Positions 8,969 through 17,753 of a stretch of DNA of 19,834 nucleotides are shown here, in pieces. The position numbers were made by a program, and so were the translations under genes. This stretch comes from a bacterium (GTDB lineage Bacteria; Hydrothermota; 32-111), in assembly GCA_050239825.1 (NCBI GenBank), contig JBFXGO010000005.1, positions 50,220 through 70,053 of the forward strand, written 5' to 3'. Position 1 is the first letter of the stretch; every line of letters begins with the position of its first letter. The notes under the pieces were generated by a model that had not been told where the DNA came from, ran no database searches, and saw only the letters and a program-made list of their open reading frames with translations.

Positions 8969-10092
8969 GAGAGTTCCTTTCTCAAGATGGAATAAAACCT
9001 TTCGGAAGCGTGTCCGTCCCCGTAGGGATTTTGGCCTAGACTGAAGGATAAATAGTACGATTCGTCTTCAAACGCCTTTGTTACTTCCACGAAAATTTTT
9101 TTTGCGTCAGTACCAACCAGTTTAGCAACTCCCGCCTCTATTCCTTCAGGTCTTTCAGTCACCTCTCTCATCACAAAAACAGGTTTTCCGAAAGTCGGAG
9201 CCTCTTCCTGAATTCCGCCGCTGTCGGTTAAAACTATGAAAGATCTTTCCATCAGGTAAATCATTTCAGGGTAACTTACAGGCTCTATCAATGATATGTT
9301 TTTGACTTTACCGAGAATCTTCAAAACGGGATTTCTGACATTCGGATTAAGATGCACCGGGTAAACCACAAAAGAATCTTTTCTTTCCGCTGCTATTTTT
9401 TTAATAGCTCTGCAGATGTTTTCAAAAGGTTTTCCGAACGATTCTCTCCTGTGTCCCGTGACAAGAATAAGTTTTTTATCATCAGGGATATATGAAAAAT
9501 GCTTTTGCAATTTTATTTTCCATTTATCTTTCTTGATAGTATCTCTGCCTGTTTGTAGCGCGTCAATGACTGTATTACCGGTAACGAAAATTTTTCTGCG
9601 GTCAACATTTTCTTTGAGGAGATTCTCTCTGGATTTTTCAGTCGGCGCGAAATTAAAATCGGCGAGTTTTGATATCATGCTCCTGTTGGCTTCTTCGGGG
9701 AAGGGCGAATATTTATTGAAAGTTCTCAATCCCGCTTCAACATGAGCCACTGGTATTTTGTGATAGTATGAGACAAGAGACCCGACAAAAGCCGTTGTTG
9801 TATCGCCCTGAACAACCACGAGGTCTATTTTGAGTTTGGATAAAACATCATCAATCTTCTTAACCGCCTCTGCTGTAAGGTAAGAGAGGGATTGGTTTGG
9901 TTTCATCAGTGCAAGAGAAAAATCAACTTTCACATCAAAAAAATCAAGCACCTGAGAGAGCATCTCTTTGTGTTGCCCTGTCGAACAAACATATATGTTG
10001 AATTTGTCGTGACTCTTGGCTGTAACAATGAGAGGCGCAAGTTTTATTGCCTCAGGCCTTGTGCCGAATATGAAGAGTATGTTTTTTTTCAT
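8965..10092 (-). CDS. wecB: UDP-N-acetylglucosamine 2-epimerase (non-hydrolysing)
   Basis: FGTRPEAIK, TGQH, VQGDTTT, HVEAGLR, PFPEE, HRRES, TDSGGIQEEAP and NPYGDG motifs. Confidence 0.96.
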   Translation of the reverse strand: MKKNILFIFGTRPEAIKLAPLIVTAKSHDKFNIYVCSTGQHKEMLSQVLDFFDVKVDFSLALMKPNQSLSYLTAEAVKKIDDVLSKLKIDLVVVQGDTTTAFVGSLVSYYHKIPVAHVEAGLRTFNKYSPFPEEANRSMISKLADFNFAPTEKSRENLLKENVDRRKIFVTGNTVIDALQTGRDTIKKDKWKIKLQKHFSYIPDDKKLILVTGHRRESFGKPFENICRAIKKIAAERKDSFVVYPVHLNPNVRNPVLKILGKVKNISLIEPVSYPEMIYLMERSFIVLTDSGGIQEEAPTFGKPVFVMREVTERPEGIEAGVAKLVGTDAKKIFVEVTKAFEDESYYLSFSLGQNPYGDGHASERFYSILRKELS

Positions 10093-10604
10093 TATAGGTT
10101 CATTATGCCCTTTGCCTCATATATATCCATGGCGACCTTTGACATCTGCTTTACCTGAATTATCTTACCGCTTTTGATGTTTCTCACAGTTCCCTTTTCC
10201 AAATCAAGTTCGACTTCATCTTCAGAGGCAAATTCTCCGGAAGACAGTATTTTGGGAGCTTCAATCAGCGGAAGTCCGGAATTTATGGCGTTTCTCTTAT
10301 AGATTGCGCCGAATGATTCTCCCACAATTGCCTGTATTCCGAGTGATATAAAACAATCAACCGCCTGCTGACGAGAGGAGCCTGCTCCAAAATTTTCTCC
10401 CACCAAAATTATGTCGCCCTTCTTTGCTTTTTTAGAGAAATCCTCCCATCCCTTTAAATTATCAAAAGAGTACTCTCCCATTTTTGACATGTCGGTTATC
10501 GCCAGATACTTGTTGTGGAAAATCATGTCAGTATCTATGTCATTGATTTTCTTTCCATTCGTATCAGAAATAACCCAGATTCTTCCTTTCAAAATTTTTT
10601 CCAT
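10092..10604 (-). CDS. Aconitase-family hydro-lyase small subunit (LeuD/HacB-like)
   Basis: DIDTD, GENFGAGSSR and SFGAIYKRNAINSGLP motifs. ATG at 10604 lies 5 nt after AAGGAG, so it is preferred to the GTG at 10610. Its stop overlaps the wecB start (TAATG). Confidence 0.88.
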   Translation of the reverse strand: MEKILKGRIWVISDTNGKKINDIDTDMIFHNKYLAITDMSKMGEYSFDNLKGWEDFSKKAKKGDIILVGENFGAGSSRQQAVDCFISLGIQAIVGESFGAIYKRNAINSGLPLIEAPKILSSGEFASEDEVELDLEKGTVRNIKSGKIIQVKQMSKVAMDIYEAKGIMNL

Positions 10605-10606
10605 GG

Positions 10607-11854
10607 TCACTCCTTGGGGCAGGATATTTTACCGCTCAATGCGGAATATGCGGCTACAACTGGCGAAACAAGATATGTGTCGCCCTTCCCCTGTTTGCCT
10701 GCGAAATTTCTGTTCGATGTCGAGAGCTGAACTTCGTTTGGTCCTGTCATTCCTATCTGCCCGCTGGCGCACCCTCCGCATCCGGGATTGGATACGATTA
10801 TTCCGGAATTGTAGAGAATTTCGAGATACCCGTTCTTAAGCATCTCACCGTAAACTTCTCTTGTAGCAGGAACAATCTTAAACATTACATCTTCTTTTAT
10901 TCTTTTTCCTTTGACAATGTCAATAACCTGCTTTATATCTTCAATTCTTCCGTTAGTGCAAGAGCCCACAAAAACCGAATCAATCTTTCTTCCTTCAACA
11001 TCTTTCACATCCGTCACATTGTCCGGTTTCGGCGGATTTGCTATCTGCGGAGAAATTTTTTCTATGTCGATTGTGATATCCTTTATATAGGGAGCATCTT
11101 TATCCGCCTCTATTTTGGAAATGTCGTTTCTGCCGGAGCGTTTTTTTGTATATTCGATTATTTCATCATTTGCAGGAATAAGTATTGTTATAGCTCCCAT
11201 TTCAGTCGCCATTGATGCCAATGTTATTCTCTCATGAAGCTTCATCTTTTCAATTGCCTCTCCATACACTTCAACTGCGCAGCCTAATGCTCCGGATGCT
11301 CCGAGGTGCTTCAGTATGTAGAGAGTAACATCCTTTGCGGTGACAGGGTATTTGTAGGTTCCTTTTAGATTGATTTTGATTGTGGGAGGAACTTCAAACC
11401 ATGTTCTTCCTGATTTGAATATGTATGCAATGTCAAGGTCGCCCATTCCCTGTCCGAATGCGCACACAGCTCCCATGATATTGAGATGCGAATCGGTTCC
11501 AACAACAGTGATTCCGGGATAGACCTGACCGAGTTCTATTCCTATATGGGAACCTATTCCCTGATCCACATCATAAACTTTAAGATTCTCTTTGGATGCA
11601 AAATCACGGATTATCATCTGGTTCGTGGCATAACCTATATCACGGGCAGGAGCATTTGTGTCAAATGTGAAGTATGTGTTTTCTTTGTCTTTTATAGGGT
11701 TTTCTTTGCAGCACCCATTCAAAGTCTTCACAACATTTGCTCCTCCGAAATCTCGTGCGGTCTTCAAATCAATGTCAAGCCAGATTATTTCACCAGCTTC
11801 TACATTGTCCTTTGAATGCTTCTGAAAAATTTTTTCTATAATAGTTTTAGGCAT
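10607..11854 (-). CDS. Aconitase-family hydro-lyase large subunit (LeuC/HacA-like), atypical active-site motifs
   Basis: KTIIEKI, GTDSH, GSCTNGR, PGCGGC (three Fe-S Cys) and STSNRNF motifs. Start at ATG 11854 behind an AAGGAG RBS, not at 11893. Confidence 0.88.
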   Translation of the reverse strand: MPKTIIEKIFQKHSKDNVEAGEIIWLDIDLKTARDFGGANVVKTLNGCCKENPIKDKENTYFTFDTNAPARDIGYATNQMIIRDFASKENLKVYDVDQGIGSHIGIELGQVYPGITVVGTDSHLNIMGAVCAFGQGMGDLDIAYIFKSGRTWFEVPPTIKINLKGTYKYPVTAKDVTLYILKHLGASGALGCAVEVYGEAIEKMKLHERITLASMATEMGAITILIPANDEIIEYTKKRSGRNDISKIEADKDAPYIKDITIDIEKISPQIANPPKPDNVTDVKDVEGRKIDSVFVGSCTNGRIEDIKQVIDIVKGKRIKEDVMFKIVPATREVYGEMLKNGYLEILYNSGIIVSNPGCGGCASGQIGMTGPNEVQLSTSNRNFAGKQGKGDTYLVSPVVAAYSALSGKISCPKE

Positions 11855-11876
11855 AAATCTCCTTTTATATTGACAT

Positions 11877-11904
11877 ATTATATGTAATAACATTTATCAG
11901 TCAA
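11877..11904 (-). promoter_or_regulatory. Promoter TTGACT-N16-TATAAT for the aconitase-wecB-GT operon
   Basis: Plus-strand AGTCAA at 11899-11904 and ATTATA at 11877-11882. Confidence 0.6.
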
Positions 11905-11926
11905 TACTCGTTAAAAAAATTGCTTA

Positions 11927-11955
11927 TTGACTAAATCATATATAATTGATAAAAT
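11927..11955 (+). promoter_or_regulatory. Promoter TTGACT-N17-TAAAAT with extended TG, for the pilB operon
   Basis: TTGACT 11927-11932, TAAAAT 11950-11955, RBS AAGGGGG before ATG 11982. Confidence 0.65.
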
Positions 11956-11981
11956 AGCGCTTTAACTCTAAGGGGGAATTT

Positions 11982-13670
11982 ATGTGGAAACGACTTGGAG
12001 ACATGCTCATTGATGAAGGCTTGATAAGTCTGGAGCAGCTGAAAAAAGCTCTTGCCGAACAGAAAGACCAAGGCGGGCGCTTGGGTAGCATACTTGTTCA
12101 GATGAAATTCGTGACTGACGAACAGATATCGCAGACACTGGGCAAGCAGTACAATGTCGGAGTTGTTTCATTTGATGAAGAGATAGACCCGATGACTTTA
12201 AAGGTTGTTACACCCCAGATAGCTCAGAAATTTCAGGTAATACCGGTAAAGAGAGAGGGAAAGAATCTCTTTCTTGCCATGGCGAATCCGGTTGATGTAT
12301 ATACAATAGAAGACATTAAATTTGCTACAGGGTATAATGTGATTCCAATGGTTGCCAGCGAGAATCTTATTTCACAGGCTATAGAAAAGTATTACGGAGT
12401 CGCAGGTTCCATGGCTGAGGTGCTCTCAGAGATGGGCATAGATGATGAGGACATAGAAATCATTGAGGAGGAGAAACAGCCTGATGCTCAACAGCTTCTG
12501 ATAGATGTCGATGCAGCCCCGGTTGTAAAACTAGTCAACGGAATAATAGTTGAGGCAGTGAGGCAGGGTGCATCCGATATACACATTGAACCGTTTGAGA
12601 AAATACTCAGAGTCAGGTACAGAATTGATGGAGAATTGAAAGAGATCATGAGTCCGCAGTACACTATGGGAGCCGCAATCACTTCGAGGCTTAAAATAAT
12701 GGCAGGTCTCAACATATCGGAAAGGAGAATTCCCCAGGATGGAAGGATCGGTATGAAGGTGGCCGACAAGGCGATTGACCTTAGAATGTCTACCCTTCCG
12801 ACTGCGCACGGAGAGAAGATTTGTATGAGAGTCGCAGAAAAATCATCACTGATAAAACTTGAGGAGATTGGCCTCGGAAGAAAGGCATACAATGATTTTA
12901 TTGAGGCGATTGAGCGCCCCAACGGAATTATTCTCGTGACAGGTCCGACCGGAAGCGGAAAGACGGTTACACTCTACTCGGTGCTTTCAAGGATGAATAC
13001 TCCCAATGTAAATATAACAACAGCCGAGGACCCCATAGAATATGATTTTGTCGGCATCAATCAGGTGAATGTGAGAGAGAGCATCGGCTACACATTTTCA
13101 ACTGCTCTCAGGGCCTTTTTGAGACAGGATCCCGATATAGTCATGGTCGGAGAGATTCGAGACCTAGAGACCGGAGACATAGCTATAAAGGCGGCTCTTA
13201 CAGGGCATGTGGTTCTCTCGACACTCCACACGAATGACACTCTGGCCACCATATCGCGTTTGCAGGATATGGGCATTGAAGCATATAAAGTGGCTTCCGC
13301 TGTTGTTCTGATTGAAGCGCAGAGACTCATTAGAAGGGTCTGTAAATACTGCGGCCAGCAGGTTGATGTATCCGATGATGAACTGATAAAATACGGAGTT
13401 AATCCGGAATATATGAGGGGAGCAACATTCAGGATGGGGAAAGGGTGCATGCAGTGCGGAAATACCGGCTACAAGGGAAGAGTAGGCATCTTTGAAGTTC
13501 TTCCGCTGACTCACACAATGAGGGAGATGATTGTAAAAGGAGCTCCAACAGATGAGATGCGCATGCAGGCAAGGAGAGAGGGCGTAATAATGCTTCGAGA
13601 GGACGGGCTCATAAAGGTCAAAGCGGGAATAACAACATTAGAAGAGGTAATGAAAGCAACAGTTGGATAA
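11982..13670 (+). CDS. pilB: Type IV pilus assembly ATPase PilB (GspE/PulE family) with N-terminal MshEN domain
   Basis: Walker A GPTGSGKT, Asp box TAEDPIEY, RQDPDIVMVGEIRD, His box TGHVVLSTLHTND, zinc motif CKYC...CMQC, and tandem RLG motifs at the N-terminus. Confidence 0.9.
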   Translation: MWKRLGDMLIDEGLISLEQLKKALAEQKDQGGRLGSILVQMKFVTDEQISQTLGKQYNVGVVSFDEEIDPMTLKVVTPQIAQKFQVIPVKREGKNLFLAMANPVDVYTIEDIKFATGYNVIPMVASENLISQAIEKYYGVAGSMAEVLSEMGIDDEDIEIIEEEKQPDAQQLLIDVDAAPVVKLVNGIIVEAVRQGASDIHIEPFEKILRVRYRIDGELKEIMSPQYTMGAAITSRLKIMAGLNISERRIPQDGRIGMKVADKAIDLRMSTLPTAHGEKICMRVAEKSSLIKLEEIGLGRKAYNDFIEAIERPNGIILVTGPTGSGKTVTLYSVLSRMNTPNVNITTAEDPIEYDFVGINQVNVRESIGYTFSTALRAFLRQDPDIVMVGEIRDLETGDIAIKAALTGHVVLSTLHTNDTLATISRLQDMGIEAYKVASAVVLIEAQRLIRRVCKYCGQQVDVSDDELIKYGVNPEYMRGATFRMGKGCMQCGNTGYKGRVGIFEVLPLTHTMREMIVKGAPTDEMRMQARREGVIMLREDGLIKVKAGITTLEEVMKATVG

Positions 13671-15858
13671 GAAACATTCATTGTTTTCAAATATTTCTGA
13701 GGAAGAGAAAAACGCAGTTTTATTCGACAGAACCTCAAATTTTTCCGAACGGTCTTTTAGGGAGAGGCTTTCCCACTACAATGAATCTCTTCTGAACAAT
13801 TTCATACTCAATTATCCGAAAGGTCATTTTACGGAATATATTCTTGATGTACTTGAAGAGAGAATGGAATCTCATTACATTCAGAAGACTGATTCCTCAT
13901 ACAAGATAACAAGCCCAGAGAAAAACAAAGAGATTCTTGAGGATAGGGTGGGACAGAATAGGATGATGGATGATGTCCGTAAAACAGTCGAAGAGATGTC
14001 AATTCTGATTGCAGAGGCTCCCCCGGGGACTGGAAAATCTCTTGCATATCTCATACCGCTTCTAAACAGTCTCAAGGATTCAAGGAGAGCCGTGATATCC
14101 ACAAATACAAAGAACCTTCAGATGCAACTTTTTAACAAGGATCTTGAAATTGCCTCAAACTGCACCGGCATATCTGTATCCGCTTCAATGCTGAAGGGCA
14201 TAGGCAATTACTTCTGCTACATGAAATATAATGAAAATCTTGCCGGTTTCACGGCTCTGACAAAACTGGCTTTGGAGGGATTCCTATTCCTCTCAGGTTC
14301 CGGCGATTTAAGCGAACTCAAATACCATCATGAGCTTGATACAAATGATATAACCTGCGATAATGAATACTGTGTCGAATCAACATGTTCATTTGCAAAT
14401 ATATGTCCATATCTTAAACTAAAAGAGAGGGCTCTTTCAAGCCAGATTGTATTCACAAACCATTACCTTGCCCTGATTGACGCCGAATTCAAGAATAGAT
14501 TTTTCGGAGATTATGATTTTCTGGTTTTTGATGAGGCGCACAATCTGGAGAATGTTATAACCGATGTTTATTCATACAAATTTGATTTCACATACTTTTT
14601 GAAGACATTCAACTATTTTACGCATACTTTCAGAAATCAGATGAAATTCATACGATCTTCGAATTTGTCTTCAGACTCTGTTAATTTTATGGAGTCATTG
14701 CTCACCTCAATGAATGAAATAACGGATGAAATAGAAATCATATACAAATATGTTCTTGATTTAGCCGAAGGGGAGAAAAAAGAGAGGTGCGAGTATAATT
14801 CAAAACTGTTTGAAGGAGCAAAGGATTCTGTTCGAAAAGCAGGCGGAAATCTTTATGCCCTATACATCAATGCTGACAAGGCTTCAAAGATGCTCAGAGA
14901 TGAAAAATTCAGAATGCTTGATATATTTCAGACTCTGAAGTATGTATTTGAAAAGACCATGAGATTTTTTGAGGCATTTGCAGTTGTGTCTCAGGCAAAC
15001 AATGAAGAGTACGCATTCTTCTACGAGTTTGACTTTAAGAGAAAAAATATCGTGCTGAACGGACTTCCTGTAAATACAGGGGAACAATTCTCCAAACTTA
15101 TGCTGTCAAACGAGAATATTTCATTTGTCTTCACCTCAGCGACTCTCACTGCGGCAAATTCATTTGAAATGTTCAAACAGCAGGCTGGGATAAACATAAG
15201 CAGAAGAATCTACAGCGAGATGACCTATGAATCTTCGTTTGATTATGACAAGCAGATGAAGGTCTTCTGTTTTCGAAACATGGATGACCCGATGAGCGGC
15301 AAATTCATGGAGAAGTCCGCTGAAGTTGTCAGAATGCTTGCAATGGAGGAGAAGCGGATGTTCGTACTTGCCACATCCTATTCGCAGATAGAATTCCTTA
15401 AAACGAAATTCAAAGACAAGAGGTTCATATTTCAAAGGCGTGAGGAGAATGGAGACAAGCTTCTTCACATGCACAAATCGAGAAAAGCGTCTGTGCTTGT
15501 GGGAACCAGCATGTTCTGGGAGGGTGTAGATCTTCCGGGAGACCTCCTTGAAACAATAGTGATTTTAAAGATGCCTTTTGCAGTTCCCGATGACCCTATA
15601 ATAAGAAGGAGGTGCAGAATTATAGAGGAGAACAACGGTAACCCATTCAGAGAATATACGCTTCCACAGGCAATAATAAAGCTTAAACAGGGAATGGGAA
15701 GACTGATAAGAAAAAAGGATGATGAAGGGAAGATATATATTCTTGATGAGAGGATACTCACAAAATCCTATGGAAAGAGTGTTCTTTCAAGCTTCTATGT
15801 AAAACCCATCATACTGGATTATGACAACTTCATAAATGATTACAAGGGGAAATTATGA
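13663..15858 (+). CDS. dinG: DinG/YoaA-family ATP-dependent SF2 DNA helicase with Fe-S cysteines
   Basis: Q motif RVGQ, EAPPGTGKS, Cys cluster (YFC; TCDNEYCVESTCSFANICPY), FDEAH, FTSATL, FWEGVDLPG and QGMGRLIR. The start is uncertain (TTG 13663 or ATG 13864). Confidence 0.9.
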   Translation: MDKKHSLFSNISEEEKNAVLFDRTSNFSERSFRERLSHYNESLLNNFILNYPKGHFTEYILDVLEERMESHYIQKTDSSYKITSPEKNKEILEDRVGQNRMMDDVRKTVEEMSILIAEAPPGTGKSLAYLIPLLNSLKDSRRAVISTNTKNLQMQLFNKDLEIASNCTGISVSASMLKGIGNYFCYMKYNENLAGFTALTKLALEGFLFLSGSGDLSELKYHHELDTNDITCDNEYCVESTCSFANICPYLKLKERALSSQIVFTNHYLALIDAEFKNRFFGDYDFLVFDEAHNLENVITDVYSYKFDFTYFLKTFNYFTHTFRNQMKFIRSSNLSSDSVNFMESLLTSMNEITDEIEIIYKYVLDLAEGEKKERCEYNSKLFEGAKDSVRKAGGNLYALYINADKASKMLRDEKFRMLDIFQTLKYVFEKTMRFFEAFAVVSQANNEEYAFFYEFDFKRKNIVLNGLPVNTGEQFSKLMLSNENISFVFTSATLTAANSFEMFKQQAGINISRRIYSEMTYESSFDYDKQMKVFCFRNMDDPMSGKFMEKSAEVVRMLAMEEKRMFVLATSYSQIEFLKTKFKDKRFIFQRREENGDKLLHMHKSRKASVLVGTSMFWEGVDLPGDLLETIVILKMPFAVPDDPIIRRRCRIIEENNGNPFREYTLPQAIIKLKQGMGRLIRKKDDEGKIYILDERILTKSYGKSVLSSFYVKPIILDYDNFINDYKGKL

Positions 15859-16484
15859 TTCTTTACATTCTAAGGCACGGTGAGAGCGAAGGGAATAAAG
15901 ATAAAAAATTTAGGGGAAGATCCGATTTTTCTTTAACTGAGAGAGGTATTAGGCAGGCCGAAGAGGCTGCAGGGTTTCTTGATGACAAAGAGATTTCAAT
16001 TGTTTACTCAAGCCCTCTGATAAGGGCGTACGATACGGCAAAAATTGCGGTCAGGAAGAAAAATCTTGATGTCATAAAAGATGAGGACTTTAACAACATA
16101 TTCTTAGGAAGCTGGGAAGGCAGACCGAAAATAGAGATTGAGAAAAATTTCCCGGAAGAATGGCGAATATGGACAAGCGCTCCGGAGTCTCTAAGTGTGG
16201 GTGGAATGGAGACTCTTGAAGCGGTTCAAAAAAGAAGCGTTAGAAGGGTTAATGAAATTTTTGAAGAAAAAAGAGAGAGAAATGTTCTTATAGTGAGTCA
16301 TAGGGCAGTCATAAAACCTTTGATTGCAGGACTCATAGGCATAGAAAAACCGTTTTTTTGGAAACTTCACATAGACACAGCCGCTCTTTCTGTTCTTGAA
16401 AAATCAGATAATGAGAGAGGGTGGATGCTGAAAAATCTTAATATAAACCACTATTTAAAATCCTTTGAAGAAGAAAGATTTTGA
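15855..16484 (+). CDS. Histidine phosphatase family protein (PhoE/CobC/GpmB-like)
   Basis: LRHGES, SLTERG, SSPLIRA, GSWEG and VSH motifs; ATGA overlap with dinG. Confidence 0.9.
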   Translation: MILYILRHGESEGNKDKKFRGRSDFSLTERGIRQAEEAAGFLDDKEISIVYSSPLIRAYDTAKIAVRKKNLDVIKDEDFNNIFLGSWEGRPKIEIEKNFPEEWRIWTSAPESLSVGGMETLEAVQKRSVRRVNEIFEEKRERNVLIVSHRAVIKPLIAGLIGIEKPFFWKLHIDTAALSVLEKSDNERGWMLKNLNINHYLKSFEEERF

Positions 16485-17676
16485 CCTAACCGTCGTGGGC
16501 GCGGGTCCGTCAGGAATTTTTTGCGCCATATTTGCTTCAGAGAGAGGCCTCAGGGTAGCTCTAACCGACAGAAACTCAAGGATAGGAGGCAAGATTCCCG
16601 TGACGGGAAACTCAAGGTGCAATCTTACCAATGTGAATATTTCATCGGATAATTATACCGGTGAGAATCCTTTATTTGTCAGGAATGTTTTCGGACATTA
16701 CTCGTCTGAAGACCTCATAGATTTTTTCAGGGATATGAATTTGCGTATTGTTTCAGAGGGAGAAAAATATTATCCGGCAACAAAAAAAAGCGAGACAGTA
16801 GTCGAAGCTCTTGAAAAGAGAATCAAAACAAAAAATATCACCCTCTTCACAAATACAAATGTCACAGAATGCGCAAAGAGTGAAGGTTTATTCATTTCAA
16901 AATCAAATTCCGGAGAGATTGCATCAGAATCTCTTGCTCTATGTACAGGGGGGAAATCTTATGCCAAGATTTTTGGGAGCGGAGGCGGATATTCGTTAGC
17001 CAAATCATTATCTCACACTGTCACTCGCCTTTGTCCGGGTCTTACATCTTTTGATTCCGAAGAATCTTTCTTTAAAGAATTGTCCGGAGTTTCATGTGAA
17101 GCTGAAATCTCGCTTCACTGCGGAAACAAAAGAATTTATCAGGGGTCCGGTTCTCTTCTCTTCACCCATAGAGGATTCTCCGGTCCTCTTGTCATGAACG
17201 CATCCAATAAGATTTCTAAATGCGCCGGGGGAGGTGGCAGTCTGACAATCTGTTTTCTTCCGGGAAAAATTAAAGAGTATGACTCCTTTGCCTCTTACAT
17301 TTTAAGCAAAAATTCAAAACTTCTGAAGAATTCTCTTTCAGGGATAATACCCGCCTCTCTCACTGAATCCGCGATGAAGTTTTTGAAAATAAATGAAAAC
17401 ATGAAAGCGGGGGAGGCGACGCCCGGCACCATAGCCAAACTGCATAAAATACTTTCTAACAGCATAATAAAAGTGAAGGCAAACCCTGATTTCAATGAAG
17501 CTCAGGTGACTGTCGGCGGAGTGAGAACTACTGAAATCAATCCAAAAAGCATGGAGTCAAAGCTGGTGCGGAACCTTTACTTCGCAGGCGAAATTATCGA
17601 CATTGCGGGTGAGTGCGGGGGGTACAATCTGCAATTTGCATTCTCTTCCGGATACTTAGCCGGCACCTTTGTCTGA
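16465..17676 (+). CDS. HI0933/BaiN/YhiN-family FAD-dependent oxidoreductase
   Basis: GAGPSG FAD motif, RCNLTN, TGGKSY, LLFTHRGFSGP, AQVTVGGV and GEIIDIAGECGGYNLQFAFSSG; TTG start within the end of the upstream gene. Confidence 0.92.
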   Translation: MKKKDFDLTVVGAGPSGIFCAIFASERGLRVALTDRNSRIGGKIPVTGNSRCNLTNVNISSDNYTGENPLFVRNVFGHYSSEDLIDFFRDMNLRIVSEGEKYYPATKKSETVVEALEKRIKTKNITLFTNTNVTECAKSEGLFISKSNSGEIASESLALCTGGKSYAKIFGSGGGYSLAKSLSHTVTRLCPGLTSFDSEESFFKELSGVSCEAEISLHCGNKRIYQGSGSLLFTHRGFSGPLVMNASNKISKCAGGGGSLTICFLPGKIKEYDSFASYILSKNSKLLKNSLSGIIPASLTESAMKFLKINENMKAGEATPGTIAKLHKILSNSIIKVKANPDFNEAQVTVGGVRTTEINPKSMESKLVRNLYFAGEIIDIAGECGGYNLQFAFSSGYLAGTFV

Positions 17677-17711
17677 AGAATCCATAAGTTTAAATCATTT
17701 AGGCGGTGAAA

Positions 17712-17742
17712 CACTGCATCCGTTTTTAAGACGGGCGCAGTG
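17712..17742. terminator. Stem-loop between convergent genes; possible bidirectional terminator or RNA end structure
   Basis: CACTGCATCCGTTT-TTA-AGACGGGCGCAGTG pairs over about 14 positions, with G-U wobbles and mismatches. Only a short TTTC follows it on the minus strand. Confidence 0.45.
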
Positions 17743-17753
17743 CATCATAATCT

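Noticed and set aside
10082..10089. A8 run right after the wecB start codon (similar 8-mers near 9096, 16782 and 18459) as phase-variable tracts
   Set aside because: Runs of 8 A/T are expected in AT-rich DNA, and all reading frames are intact.
10092..11854. Assigning the symbols leuC/leuD or hacA/hacB
   Set aside because: The family is clear, but the active-site motifs deviate and no pathway context supports a specific substrate.
11855..11893. Longer ORF-track start for the large subunit (11893); likewise 4887 for the Wzy-like gene and 10610 for the small subunit
   Set aside because: RBS position, promoter overlap and family N-termini favour ATG 11854, 4941 and 10604.
13663..15858. DinG as CasDinG (type IV CRISPR) or an anti-phage defence helicase
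   Set aside because: No cas genes, repeat-spacer array or nuclease partner in the window; the neighbours are housekeeping-type genes.
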